64,000 nucleotides of DNA, from NCBI GenBank assembly GCA_046484245.1, contig JAWOBN010000073.1:19465-83464 (forward strand), in the 5' to 3' direction. This DNA comes from a bacterium (lineage in GTDB: Bacteria; Hydrothermota; 32-111). The position numbers were made by a program, and so were the translations under genes. Below the pieces are notes generated by a model. That model did no database searches, had not been told where the DNA came from, and saw only the letters and a list, made by a program, of their open reading frames with translations. Below, piece after piece: positions 28,533 through 38,799 of the stretch. The number at the start of each line of letters is the position of its first letter. The first letter of the stretch is position 1.

Positions 28533-29410
28533 CACATTCTCATGAACACAGTGGAGAAATAAGGAATGTGGGAATTGCATTCATACTTAACTTTGTTTTT
28601 ACAATCATTGAAATTGCCGGGGGGCTATGGACAAATTCAACTGCAGTACTTGCAGACGCATTGCATGATCTGGGTGATTCACTGTCAATAGGCCTTGCAT
28701 TTATAATGGAGAAATTGTCCGGCAGGAGCAGGGATGAGCATTTTTCCTATGGTTACGGCAGATTCTCGCTCCTCTCTGCTTTGATAAACGGCATTGTTCT
28801 GATAAGCGGGTCTGTTATCATACTTGTTCATGCTGTACCGAGAATCATTGATCCGCCTGATGTGAATCCGCAAGGAATGATTCTGCTGGCAGTAATGGGC
28901 ATTATATTCAATGGCATAGGCGTCCTGCTTATGAAGAGAGGCAGTACTGTCAATCAGCAGATGCTTGTGCTTCATCTGCTTGAGGATTTGCTCGGATGGG
29001 CAAGTTTGCTCATTATAAGTATTATCATGGCTATTTGGTATATACCTGTGCTTGATCCGGTATTCTCTGTTATTTATACTCTGGTAATACTTGTTAATGT
29101 CGGCAAATTGCTCTACAAGACAATGAAGCTCTTTCTTCAGGGCATACCTGCTGATGTTGATATTGATACCATAGAGGAGAATATACTCTCACTGGAGGGT
29201 GTTGAGGATGTGCACGATATTCATGTCTGGTCCCTCAATGGCAGGGAGAATATTCTGAGTCTTCATGTAGCTGTCTCGTGTGATGTCAGGAGGCATCAAT
29301 TCCCGGAATTGAAGGACAGTATAAGGCAGATATTGAGTAAGGAATCCATAGATCATTCAACAATTGAGATTGATGTTGAAGATGAGAGCTGCAGTTTCAG
29401 GACATGCTGA
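28529..29410 (+). CDS. Cation diffusion facilitator (CzcD/ZitB-like) metal efflux transporter
   Basis: His-rich N-terminus (MTHSHEHSGE), the TM2 motif ADALHDLGDS, six TM helices and a C-terminal cytoplasmic domain. Confidence 0.85.
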   Translation: MTHSHEHSGEIRNVGIAFILNFVFTIIEIAGGLWTNSTAVLADALHDLGDSLSIGLAFIMEKLSGRSRDEHFSYGYGRFSLLSALINGIVLISGSVIILVHAVPRIIDPPDVNPQGMILLAVMGIIFNGIGVLLMKRGSTVNQQMLVLHLLEDLLGWASLLIISIIMAIWYIPVLDPVFSVIYTLVILVNVGKLLYKTMKLFLQGIPADVDIDTIEENILSLEGVEDVHDIHVWSLNGRENILSLHVAVSCDVRRHQFPELKDSIRQILSKESIDHSTIEIDVEDESCSFRTC

Positions 29411-30831
29411 TGAATAGAATGAACAATATATTCTCTTCAAAGGACCGTAATCTTACTGAGGGCAGTATATGGAAGAATCTCCTCATATTGTCCCTGCCCA
29501 TTATTCTGTCCAATATGTTTCAGACCTTTTATAATATGGCTGATGCATTCTGGCTGGGTAAACTGGGCAAGACAGCACTGGCTGCGCCTACAATTACCTT
29601 CAATGTTGTGTTTACAATAATAGCACTAGCAGGCGGTCTCGCAATGGGAGGTACAACACTTGTCGGTCAGTATAAGGGGGCAAAAGATGAGAAAATGGTC
29701 AACAGGGCTGCAGGCAATACATACAGTATGATTTTTATTATTGCATTGATGCTGGCAGCAATAGGATTTATTTTCTCACCGCAGATACTGCGTTTGCTGC
29801 AGACACCCCATGAGGCATACAGTGACACATTGGTTTATATGCGCATAACCTTCATAGGCATGCCCTTTGTTTTCGGATATTTCATATTCCAGGGCATACT
29901 CCAGGGGTACGGTAATACAATAAGCCCGATGAAACTCAATGCATTCACTGTAATACTCAATGTTGTTCTGGACCCTCTGCTCATATTCGGATGGGGTCCT
30001 TTCCCTGCAATGGGTGTAGCAGGAGCAGGCATCGCCACTGTGTTCTCGCAATTTACAGCATCAATGATAGGAACAATTCATCTCTTCTCCGGCAGATACG
30101 GTGTAAAAATTTCTCTTAAGACAATGATGCCGGACATGGAGATAATCAAGAATATATTAAGAATAGGACTGCCCATATCCCTGGGACAGACAGGCACTTC
30201 TTTCGGTTTCACAATACTTATGGGTATTGTCAATACTCTGGGGACAGCAACAGTCGGTGCTTTCGGGATAGGCAACAGGATAATATCCCTGCTTGTAATG
30301 CCTGCAATGGGACTTGCGAGAGGCAACAGCATAATGGTAGCGCAGAACATCGGTGCGGACAAGGTGAAGAGGGCAGAGAGAACAGTATGGACAAGTGTTG
30401 CAATAAATTCAGTAATCCTCTTTATATTCACGACACTGCTCTTCTTCTTCGGCGGCTATGTTGTCAAATTCTTCATTAATGATCCTGAAGTGATAAAAAT
30501 AGGAACACAGATGTTCAGAATTACGGCTTACTCTGTTCTGTTCTTTTCAATCATGATTGTCTTCAATGGAGCATTTCAGGGTTCAGGTCATACAATGCCT
30601 GTTTTTGTATTGCAATTGGCAAGGTTGTGGTTATTCCGTCTGCCATTTGCATACCTCTTTACAAAGATAATGGATATGGGATATAATGGTATCTTCTGGG
30701 CAATGTTCATATCCAACAGTGTCATTGCTGTTGCATCCTTTATATGGTTTAGCAGAGGAACATGGAAAGAAAGAATTATTCACAAAGAACCTGTTGAAAC
30801 AGAAGACATTATTGTCTCTGTAAGTGATTAA
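29404..30831 (+). CDS. MATE family efflux transporter
   Basis: 475 aa with 12 TM helices. The N-terminal SIWKNLLILSLPIILSNMFQTFYNMADAFWLGKLG is typical of MATE/NorM proteins. Confidence 0.85.
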   Translation: MLMNRMNNIFSSKDRNLTEGSIWKNLLILSLPIILSNMFQTFYNMADAFWLGKLGKTALAAPTITFNVVFTIIALAGGLAMGGTTLVGQYKGAKDEKMVNRAAGNTYSMIFIIALMLAAIGFIFSPQILRLLQTPHEAYSDTLVYMRITFIGMPFVFGYFIFQGILQGYGNTISPMKLNAFTVILNVVLDPLLIFGWGPFPAMGVAGAGIATVFSQFTASMIGTIHLFSGRYGVKISLKTMMPDMEIIKNILRIGLPISLGQTGTSFGFTILMGIVNTLGTATVGAFGIGNRIISLLVMPAMGLARGNSIMVAQNIGADKVKRAERTVWTSVAINSVILFIFTTLLFFFGGYVVKFFINDPEVIKIGTQMFRITAYSVLFFSIMIVFNGAFQGSGHTMPVFVLQLARLWLFRLPFAYLFTKIMDMGYNGIFWAMFISNSVIAVASFIWFSRGTWKERIIHKEPVETEDIIVSVSD

Positions 30832-30841
30832 GGAGAAAAAC

Positions 30842-32938
30842 ATGAAAAGAATACTGCTGATACTGTCTCTTCTAATAATAATTGCAGGATGTGCCAAAAG
30901 AGAAGCAGAGGGTTACAATGCGCCTCAAAGTGAACCGGAAGCTGTAAAAATCAAGACTCAGAGAGCTATTCATGACACTGTTGTGACTGACTATTATAAA
31001 TGGATGGAGGCAAAAGACGAGAGAACAATTGATTATATTGAGAGGGAGAATGCTTACACAAAAGCCCGTACAGAAGATCTGAGGGAATTGAGAGATAGTC
31101 TTTATGATGAAATGCTTTCAAGGATTAAGCAGACAGATCTCTCTGTACCTTACAGAATGGGGGATTATCTCTATTACTCCAAGACCCTGGAGGGTAAACA
31201 GTACAGTATTTACTGCAGAAGAAGATATCCTGACGGTAAGGAGGAAATACTGCTTGACAAAAATACAATGGCAGAGGGCAAGATATATTTTTCTGTCGGA
31301 GTATTTGAGGTCAGTCCCAGCCAGAACCTTATTGCCTATGCAGTTGATACCCTGGGAAATGAGAACTATCATCTCATAATAAAGGACATTAATGCCAATG
31401 AGATTGAAGATACAGGTATAAACAGAATATCATCTGTTGAGTGGTCTGCTTCAGACAGTATGTTCTACTATACTGTTGAGAATAATGCAAGAAGACCGTA
31501 TATTGTCAAAAGGCATATAAGGGGAACGGACCCGGAGGATGACCGGGTGCTTTTCACTGATGACAATGAAAGGTTCTGGGTATGGCTCTCATCATCAAAG
31601 GACAACAGATATGTCTTCTGCGGTTCTTCAAGTAAGATTACATCAATTATGGGTTATATTGAGAAATCCGGTTCAGCTGATTCATTTACTTTTCCATATC
31701 CGAAGAGAGACAGTGTTGAGTATTATATTAAGCATAATAATGGTATCTTTTATATACTGTCAAACAGGAATGCCTATAATTACAGAATTGATGCAGCGCC
31801 TGTCGGTTCTCCACAGGATACAACATGCATTGTACCCGAATCTTCCAATACAACACTGATACGTCTGGAGATGTTCAGTGATTACCTTGTTATCTCTGAG
31901 AGAAGAGACGGTTTCCCTGCATTGCGGGTACTCACCATCGGCAGTAATGATATGCATTATATTGATTTCCCCGATGATGCATATTCGGTCTGGCTTGAGA
32001 ACAACAGGTATTTCCCGTCCGATTCATTACGGTATTCCTATTCATCATATAAAACACCATTCACCATCTTTGATTATAATATGAAGACAAGAGAAAAGAG
32101 AATGATTAAACAGCAGGAGGTCACAGGATATGACCCTGATATTTATGAGACAAAGAGGATTGACATAATTGTGCGTGACGGCGAGAGTGTGCCGCTTACA
32201 ATAATGTACCGGAAGGACATTGACTTGAGAGGAGACAACCCCTTTATCCTTGACGGATATGGTGCATACGGTTCAGCAAGCGACCCGTACTTTTCCTCAT
32301 TGCGTCTCTCCCTTGTCAACAGGGGAGTAATCATAGGAACTGCGCATATAAGAGGCGGGGGTGAAAAGGGAAGACAGTGGTATGAAGCAGGTAAATTGCT
32401 CAATAAGAAGAACACATTCCATGATTTTATTGATATTGCAGAATATATTGTTGACAGCAATTACACATCAACCCGCAAACTCGTTATCAGGGGAGGCAGT
32501 GCAGGCGGACTCCTTATGGGTGCAGTTGTCAATATGAGACCTGAGCTCTTCAGGGGCGCGGTTGCTTCAGTGCCTTTTGTTGATCTCATCAATTCAATGC
32601 TCAATCCGGAACTCCCTCTCACAGTACCAGAATATGAGGAGTGGGGTGATCCTGATGATAAAGAATATTTCAGGTATATGCTCTCATATTCACCCTATGA
32701 CAATGTCAGGTCTCAGGATTATCCCCATATGCTGATAATGGCGGGTATAAATGACAGCCGTGTTGCATACTGGGAAGCCCTTAAATGGACAGCAAAACTC
32801 AGGGACTACAATACCTCGTCAAGCGAAATCCTGCTTAGGATGAATATGGGCAGCGGACACGGGGGGTCATCCGGCAGATATGATTTCTACAGTGATGTTG
32901 CTTTTGAATATGCGTGGATAATAGATCTGCTGAAATAA
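30842..32938 (+). CDS. ptrB: Prolyl oligopeptidase family S9A serine peptidase (oligopeptidase B / protease II-like), lipoprotein
   Basis: AAGGAG ribosome-binding site and ATG at 30842; lipobox LLIIIAGC. The catalytic Ser lies in GGSAGGLLMG, and the C-terminal Asp/His region (GINDSRVAYWEALKW...GSGHGG) completes the triad. Confidence 0.85.
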   Translation: MKRILLILSLLIIIAGCAKREAEGYNAPQSEPEAVKIKTQRAIHDTVVTDYYKWMEAKDERTIDYIERENAYTKARTEDLRELRDSLYDEMLSRIKQTDLSVPYRMGDYLYYSKTLEGKQYSIYCRRRYPDGKEEILLDKNTMAEGKIYFSVGVFEVSPSQNLIAYAVDTLGNENYHLIIKDINANEIEDTGINRISSVEWSASDSMFYYTVENNARRPYIVKRHIRGTDPEDDRVLFTDDNERFWVWLSSSKDNRYVFCGSSSKITSIMGYIEKSGSADSFTFPYPKRDSVEYYIKHNNGIFYILSNRNAYNYRIDAAPVGSPQDTTCIVPESSNTTLIRLEMFSDYLVISERRDGFPALRVLTIGSNDMHYIDFPDDAYSVWLENNRYFPSDSLRYSYSSYKTPFTIFDYNMKTREKRMIKQQEVTGYDPDIYETKRIDIIVRDGESVPLTIMYRKDIDLRGDNPFILDGYGAYGSASDPYFSSLRLSLVNRGVIIGTAHIRGGGEKGRQWYEAGKLLNKKNTFHDFIDIAEYIVDSNYTSTRKLVIRGGSAGGLLMGAVVNMRPELFRGAVASVPFVDLINSMLNPELPLTVPEYEEWGDPDDKEYFRYMLSYSPYDNVRSQDYPHMLIMAGINDSRVAYWEALKWTAKLRDYNTSSSEILLRMNMGSGHGGSSGRYDFYSDVAFEYAWIIDLLK

Positions 32939-32942
32939 AAAA

Positions 32943-32968
32943 AGAGGGGTGCTTGCAAGCACCCCTCT
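32943..32968. terminator. Bidirectional Rho-independent terminator (AGAGGGGTGCTTGCAAGCACCCCTCT)
   Basis: A 12-bp perfect GC-rich stem flanked by an A-run on the + side (a T-run for the minus-strand DUF2188 gene) and TTATAATT downstream. It sits between the convergent ptrB and DUF2188 genes. Confidence 0.8.
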
Positions 32969-32993
32969 TATAATTCATCTGTTCAAAGTATTA

Positions 32994-33212
32994 TTACTTC
33001 TTACACTTGAATTTTTTCTTTCTCATAACAGAGCCGTCTTTTTTATAAGTCACGAGTGTTGCCTCGTGTTTCTCTGCAAGATCCTTTGCAAAGTTTACTG
33101 CCTCTGCTTTCTTGTCAAAGTTCTTCATTGAACGGCCGCGTTTGGATGTTGTAACAATCCATTTTTTGTCATCATCACGATGCGGTTGTACATGATAAGT
33201 TTTTTTAGCCAT
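32994..33212 (-). CDS. DUF2188-like small basic protein
   Basis: 72 aa (MAKKTYHVQPHRDDDKKWIVTTSKRGRSMKNFDKKAEAVNFAKDLAEK...) with DUF2188 layout; AGGAGG ribosome-binding site upstream (minus strand). Confidence 0.6.
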   Translation of the reverse strand: MAKKTYHVQPHRDDDKKWIVTTSKRGRSMKNFDKKAEAVNFAKDLAEKHEATLVTYKKDGSVMRKKKFKCKK

Positions 33213-33376
33213 AAAGCCTCCTTAAAGAATTTATGTTACAGAAAAAATAAATAGTACGATGTTATATATGGTGACACTGATCTCTTCTCCGAAAGTTTTC
33301 CCTTCAATCATATTTTTATTTTACACATAATCAGATATTTTTCAACCACTAATTTGAGTAATATGACAAAACATCA

Positions 33377-34873
33377 TTATTCAATTAAAGTGAGTTTCTC
33401 ACAAAATCCACTTTGCGCATCATTGATAAAATAGATGCCTGCAGGGAGACTGAGTTCTTTTGTGATGTCTCTTTCTCCTGAGACACTGCCGTCAAATATA
33501 TGAGTCACCTTTCTGCCCTTTATATCATAGAGATTGATATTATAGTAATGATTTGAACTACTTATTGACAGAGAGAGTCTGTTGTCAGTGATAACATTAT
33601 TCATAATGATTTTATTACGGGTGTTTTTGCTCTCATCAATGCCCAGCACACCTGTCTCCCAGAACTCCATTAAGCTCAGTGTATTGGGCACAATGTCAGA
33701 GGGCTGCTGGTTGATTACAAAAGCAATGGTCACAATAGTGGAATCACCGTAATCAAGATCAAAGGGACCGGAAGACACAATGAACCTCTTGTCACCTGCT
33801 CTGGTGGAGTCCTCTGCTGTTCCCGGATATCCGGACGGCTTGTTCCCCCAGTCATTCTGTAATGGGAATGGTTTATATGACTCTTCGGGGTTACTGGGAT
33901 CAAATGTTAAATAGTCATAACCCGCATGCACTTGATACCTCTCTTCGTCTGTTGGCGGGTCTGTAGCAAGTGTCAAATATCTGTAGGATGTCATTCCGAG
34001 TTCACTGAATGGAGCAATATAAAAACTGCCATCATGATACAGATCAACCAATTGCTCAGTAATGGGTGTTTCAAGCATGACAAGAGAGATAATGCGCGGC
34101 TCATGCACCCAGGTTGTCTCTGGCTCCAGCTGGAATTGATATGCAGTATTGAGCTGCATCAGTGTATCTGACGCGCCCATGTAATCAACTGTCATTGTGT
34201 CAATGAATCCAGCCAGATCATTGGTATAGTCGCCAATATCTGCGTCAACAGAAAAGGCATAGTAGCAGTTGTATAAATCTAGGGAATCCTCATTCTCATT
34301 CTTTATCACATGCCTTATGAATACAACATTATTCAGAAGACCTGTTGTCCACTGATATGTCCACTGTTTGACTGTTATTCCCATAGGCAGGGTCTCAGCT
34401 GTAAAATGCTGGCCAGGATCCTTATCCGAGAAGAAGCAATATGTGTCATAACCGGAGAATGTGGAGTCAAACCATACTGTGCTGTCTGCTTTCATTGGCG
34501 GCCAGTCATCAGCTGAATTATACACCCTCTCCAGTTCATTGTCATACTCAGGTGCGTCACTGCCGTCACCGGGGCAGAATTCACTTGAACCTCCACCGGG
34601 TTTATATCCTGTTGAAACGAGTGTATCACAATATACAAAAAATGTATCCATCAGTCCCGCAAACCATATCCCGCTGCCGTAAATATAATTTTCCTCAGGA
34701 TAACCGCTGGGCCAGTAGCCGCCGTCATTACCTGTAGTTACGTCGTGGCCGATTATACCGTAATTTGATACTGTTATATTGAGATTATTGTAATCAGACC
34801 ATATCATATCCCACTTGGCAAAGATACCTGTAAACAGTAAAAGTGCAGAAATAAAAACCAAAATCCTCTTCAT
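33377..34873 (-). CDS. Secreted T9SS cargo protein of unknown function
   Basis: 498 aa with a signal peptide (MKRILVFISALLLFTGIFA). The C-terminal roughly 80 aa (…LYDIKGRKVTHIFDGSVSGERDITKELSLPAGIYFINDAQSGFCEKLTLIE) resembles a Por_Secre_tail sorting domain. AGGAGG ribosome-binding site upstream. Confidence 0.65.
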   Translation of the reverse strand: MKRILVFISALLLFTGIFAKWDMIWSDYNNLNITVSNYGIIGHDVTTGNDGGYWPSGYPEENYIYGSGIWFAGLMDTFFVYCDTLVSTGYKPGGGSSEFCPGDGSDAPEYDNELERVYNSADDWPPMKADSTVWFDSTFSGYDTYCFFSDKDPGQHFTAETLPMGITVKQWTYQWTTGLLNNVVFIRHVIKNENEDSLDLYNCYYAFSVDADIGDYTNDLAGFIDTMTVDYMGASDTLMQLNTAYQFQLEPETTWVHEPRIISLVMLETPITEQLVDLYHDGSFYIAPFSELGMTSYRYLTLATDPPTDEERYQVHAGYDYLTFDPSNPEESYKPFPLQNDWGNKPSGYPGTAEDSTRAGDKRFIVSSGPFDLDYGDSTIVTIAFVINQQPSDIVPNTLSLMEFWETGVLGIDESKNTRNKIIMNNVITDNRLSLSISSSNHYYNINLYDIKGRKVTHIFDGSVSGERDITKELSLPAGIYFINDAQSGFCEKLTLIE

Positions 34874-35225
34874 TTGTCCTCCTTATATTAAATTAATTAT
34901 ACGGATTGATGAAAATTTATCAACATAAAATAACTATATGTAATTCCCCAAAAAAAATGTCCCCTTAAATTACTATTAAAAAATGTCCCTTTTTGAGAAA
35001 AAGGATATCCCATCACCACACAATATATACGGATAATGCACTAAGTATCACAATAAATGGTAGGGGTTCAACAATTTGAACCTGATCCAAATTTCCCGAC
35101 GCATCACGCAAAACGCAGTTCGCACAACGATAATGGACGGAGGGTTAAGATACAAATGGATTCTATGCGAAACTGCACAAAACCCTCTGCAACCTCAGTT
35201 AAAACTTAAATTACATACTATTCTC

Positions 35226-35278
35226 TCCAAATCCCAGGGACAGCCCTTTACATTATTTACGTTTGACAAAATAAACGG
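35226..35278 (+). repeat. Intergenic repeat copy 5 (CTCCAAATCCCAGGGACAGCCCTTTACAT + TTTGACAAAAT)
   Basis: Same core as copies 1 and 2. Reverse complement of the core of copy 6, about 130 bp downstream. Confidence 0.8.
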
Positions 35279-35354
35279 AATATAAATGCTGCAATAAATA
35301 AATTTAGAAAATATGGTATTGTAAGTTCAGAAATAATTAAATATAATTGTAAAC

Positions 35355-35420
35355 GATGTAAAGGGCTGTCCCCGGGATTTGGAGGTTTGTTTTGACAAAA
35401 TGAGGTGAAGAGGCAGATGG
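35355..35420 (-). repeat. Intergenic repeat copy 6, inverted, with extended block (ATGTAAAGGGCTGTCCCCGGGATTTGGAGGTTTGTTTTGACAAAATGAGGTGAAGAGG)
   Basis: Shares about 50 nt with copy 4, including a TTGAC(A/C)AAAA box. Lies about 160 bp upstream of the GGDEF-NTPase-TPR gene. Confidence 0.8.
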
Positions 35421-35581
35421 AAGTATCCGCATATACTGCAAACCGAATGACAGAAAGGTGTAATAAAGTCAAAGAGGCAGGCACGCGATAGCTATCTGTA
35501 TGACTCAGGGGACATTTTATGAGGGTTAATATATTATTAAAATGGTATTGAAATAATTTACTAAATCAATATAATGTATCT

Positions 35582-38041
35582 ATGGGAGACAAAGAAGTAA
35601 AGGGAGTTGTTGATCCTCTCTACAGGGATGACCTGTCAGAATTGTATAATAAGAGATTCTACCGCAATATAGGTAAATTCATTCAGGCAGAGCAGATTAT
35701 ATTTTCCATATTTGACATTGATGATTTCAAGTATGTCAATGATGTCTATGGCCATCATACAGGTGACAGAATCATAGGACAGGTGGGCAGAACAGTATCT
35801 ATGATGCTTGAGAAGAGTGAATTGGGTATCCGCTTCGGCGGGGATGAATTCATTATTATATTTACACAGTCAAATCTTGGAAAGGCACTGGAAAAACTGG
35901 AGGCAATAAGGAACAGTATAAAGAACAATCTGCTGGAAATTGAGAGCAGAATGCCTGATATAACATGTTCATTCGGTGTTGCATCAGGCGCATTGAGGGA
36001 AATTGATCAATTGATGAAGAAAGCTGACAGGGCACTGTATGGAGCAAAAGCCTCAGGCAAGGATAATATAACAGTTTTCCGGAATAATATGCAAGAGAAG
36101 AGATATATGCCTGTTGATATTGAGCGCAAAGTGAAGAATGAAATGGCAGGCAGCAGGAATGTCATTGTAAAGGGCGGATTTTCAACAGGCAAGACATTCC
36201 TTATCCAGAATCTGAAGAATAATTTCAGGAATTATCATTATTACAATCTGGACCTTCACTATCCCGGTACATTGGAACAGCCGTTTCTCATTACAATTAA
36301 TCCTGCTGCTTTATATAAAGACAAGGTGAAGAATTTGCTGCTCAAATCAATATATGAGGATTTCAAACCTGCTGAATTCCGTCTGTCAAATTTTGACAAG
36401 TCATCAGTGATTGAATTATTCAATATGTATGAAAAGGAATCCACACTGTTCAGTGTCAATTTTGTTGACCTTGTCACTTCGGGTAATCCTGGAGTTCTTA
36501 AGAGAATATTTGCTGCTGATTCCCTATTTGATCTGTCACCTGTATTCAATGATAATATATCAGTCATTCTTTCCATGATGGACAGTGAGATAATTGAGTT
36601 TCTCAATGATGTGCACTGTCTCGGATTGAGATTTACGCAGAAGGAAGCTGAAAGCAAGGGGCTCAGTCAAAAAGTCAAATTCCTTACAGACCTCATGCTC
36701 CTTTCCCGCAGGAACAATTCCTACTCTTATACATATACACCGGTCTATTTTAATAATAATAATGTCAGTGCGGCAGATAAGGCAGGCAATGATTACGGAT
36801 ACATATTCAAAACAGCGGAAAAACTCAACAATGTAATAAATAATTCAGACAGGGAGAATGCTGAGCTTGCTGAATTCCTCATTGATTACGGTGATCTGCA
36901 TTATGGTGAATATGTCCTGAAGAGAATACCGATGAAGAGCGACAAGATTGTAAAACTCAATGTCTGCCTGATGATGGAGAAGCATTCACTCCCGGAGGCA
37001 TATAATCTCCTGAAGAATATAGATTCAGACAAGACACGGGAGGAATTGAAACTGCGTCTTGACGCAAAATCAGGCAAGGACATAGTAATTGAAAACCCCC
37101 GGACACCGATTGAGAAACTGCTCTGCCTCTATCAGGCAATCAAGCATAATGAGCAAGAAGAGGTCAGAAGAATACTTGAGATCATTGATGCAGATGAACT
37201 TGATGATTCACAGAAGAATTCCTACTATCATATTCTCTGCGGACATATGACAGCAACCCATCAGTTTGACAGGGCAATGGACTGTCTCAACAAGGCATCG
37301 CGTATAAGCAGGGATAATCATTTTATTGCATCATACGGAAAGATTCTGATGAACAAGGGGCTTATCTATCTTGCAGTTAACAGGCCCCAGCGTGCACTGA
37401 ATTATCTGAAGCGCTCACTCAATATAATCCGGCTGACCGGTTTTGCGGACAGTCTTATCAGTGTGAAATTCAATATTGCTGTAATATATACAGGTCTGGG
37501 GAATTTCAACAAGGCACTTCAGATATATTCTGAAATGCTCACCAATGAGATACTTGCCGGTAATTTCTACTACAGGGCTATTATACTGCACAATATGGCG
37601 GAAATACACCTCCGTTCCTGGGATATGGAAGAGGCGCGCAGGCTCTCCATGAGGGCAGAGGAGCTTATGGATGAATGCGGCAGGCAGATACCTGTATCAA
37701 TGAAGATTCAGAAATCAAAGATTGCAGCAATTGTGTCAGGTAATTATAATAAACTTGATAAAGATGATAATACTGATATAATTGACAAGGTTGATATTGA
37801 TATACTGGAATTATTAAGCAGGAGCAATGAGATTTCAGACAGCAGCATTAAGAAGTTCTTTGCAGGATTGAGAGAGAAACATAATTATGATGAATTGCCC
37901 GAGCAATTTGTATTTGCTGCTCTTGCATTGAAAGAGAGGAAAAATATCAAACACTATCTGCTCAAAGAAGCATTGGAGCTGACAGGGAAAAAATCTTATC
38001 TGAGAAGCAGTCAGATCAGGAAAATAATGGAGGAAAAATGA
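35582..38041 (+). CDS. GGDEF (diguanylate cyclase) – P-loop NTPase – TPR multidomain signalling protein
   Basis: 819 aa. An N-terminal intact GGDEF domain ([24 protein letters not shown]...[11 protein letters not shown]) begins at residue about 30 with no upstream sensor. The central Walker A GGFSTGKT has candidate Walker B motifs VNFVDLV and ILSMMDSE. The C-terminal roughly 300 aa contain several TPR-like helical repeats. The stop TGA overlaps the hslV ATG (ATGA). Confidence 0.75.
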   Translation: MGDKEVKGVVDPLYRDDLSELYNKRFYRNIGKFIQAEQIIFSIFDIDDFKYVNDVYGHHTGDRIIGQVGRTVSMMLEKSELGIRFGGDEFIIIFTQSNLGKALEKLEAIRNSIKNNLLEIESRMPDITCSFGVASGALREIDQLMKKADRALYGAKASGKDNITVFRNNMQEKRYMPVDIERKVKNEMAGSRNVIVKGGFSTGKTFLIQNLKNNFRNYHYYNLDLHYPGTLEQPFLITINPAALYKDKVKNLLLKSIYEDFKPAEFRLSNFDKSSVIELFNMYEKESTLFSVNFVDLVTSGNPGVLKRIFAADSLFDLSPVFNDNISVILSMMDSEIIEFLNDVHCLGLRFTQKEAESKGLSQKVKFLTDLMLLSRRNNSYSYTYTPVYFNNNNVSAADKAGNDYGYIFKTAEKLNNVINNSDRENAELAEFLIDYGDLHYGEYVLKRIPMKSDKIVKLNVCLMMEKHSLPEAYNLLKNIDSDKTREELKLRLDAKSGKDIVIENPRTPIEKLLCLYQAIKHNEQEEVRRILEIIDADELDDSQKNSYYHILCGHMTATHQFDRAMDCLNKASRISRDNHFIASYGKILMNKGLIYLAVNRPQRALNYLKRSLNIIRLTGFADSLISVKFNIAVIYTGLGNFNKALQIYSEMLTNEILAGNFYYRAIILHNMAEIHLRSWDMEEARRLSMRAEELMDECGRQIPVSMKIQKSKIAAIVSGNYNKLDKDDNTDIIDKVDIDILELLSRSNEISDSSIKKFFAGLREKHNYDELPEQFVFAALALKERKNIKHYLLKEALELTGKKSYLRSSQIRKIMEEK

Positions 38042-38568
38042 AAATCAATTCAACGACAATACTGGGTGTAAGGAAAGACGGCAAGACAGCAATCGGAGGC
38101 GACGGGCAGGTAACACTGGACAAGACTGTTATCAAGCACTCTGCAAATAAGATAAGACGCCTCTACAATGACAAGGTGCTGGCGGGTTTTGCCGGGTCTG
38201 TGGCAGATGCAATAACCCTGTTTGACAAATTTGAGAAATATATTGAAAAGGACAAGGGCGATCTCCTCAGGGCATCCATTGACCTGACCAAGGAGTGGAG
38301 GCAGGATAAATTCCTCAGGCGTCTTGAGGCAATGCTGATTGTAATGGACAGTGAACATTCTCTCATAATCTCAGGTAATGGTGATGTCATTGAACCGGAT
38401 GACGGTGTTGTATCCATTGGTTCAGGCAGCCCCTATGCATATGCTGCTTCACGCGCACTCATTAAGCACTCAGAACTCACTGCAGAGGATATTGTAAAGG
38501 AATCCCTCTCAATTGTTGCCGATATATGCATTTATACAAACAACAGGATTATACTGGAAACACTCTGA
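38038..38568 (+). CDS. hslV: ATP-dependent protease subunit HslV
   Basis: [22 protein letters not shown]...[19 protein letters not shown]...GSGSPYA...ICIYTNN is a close match to HslV. The catalytic Thr is preceded by 5 residues (MKINS), so a propeptide or an alternative start is needed. Confidence 0.9.
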   Translation: MKINSTTILGVRKDGKTAIGGDGQVTLDKTVIKHSANKIRRLYNDKVLAGFAGSVADAITLFDKFEKYIEKDKGDLLRASIDLTKEWRQDKFLRRLEAMLIVMDSEHSLIISGNGDVIEPDDGVVSIGSGSPYAYAASRALIKHSELTAEDIVKESLSIVADICIYTNNRIILETL

Positions 38569-38799
38569 CACAGGATTGTCTCTGATAAAGATGTATTGGC
38601 AGATACGCTTCAAGCCGGACCTGCGCGCAGTATTTTACCCTATGATATTGAAAAAAAATATTGACTGCTCAATTTTCATATATTCCGGATATTTCAAGTC
38701 AGACATGGGTATTCGGCTTTAGAATTTACAGTATATACGATTAACTTGATTAAAGGCAAATAATAATTATAATAAATAAATATTTATAATGGAGTAATA

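Noticed and set aside
35076-35484. 69-aa and 75-aa ORFs in the 34874-35581 intergenic region
   Set aside because: They span the inverted repeat pair and are most likely non-coding.
38513-38722. 69-aa ORF in the hslV–hslU spacer
   Set aside because: It starts inside the hslV coding sequence in another frame and runs into an AT-rich spacer, with no ribosome-binding site, so it is probably spurious.
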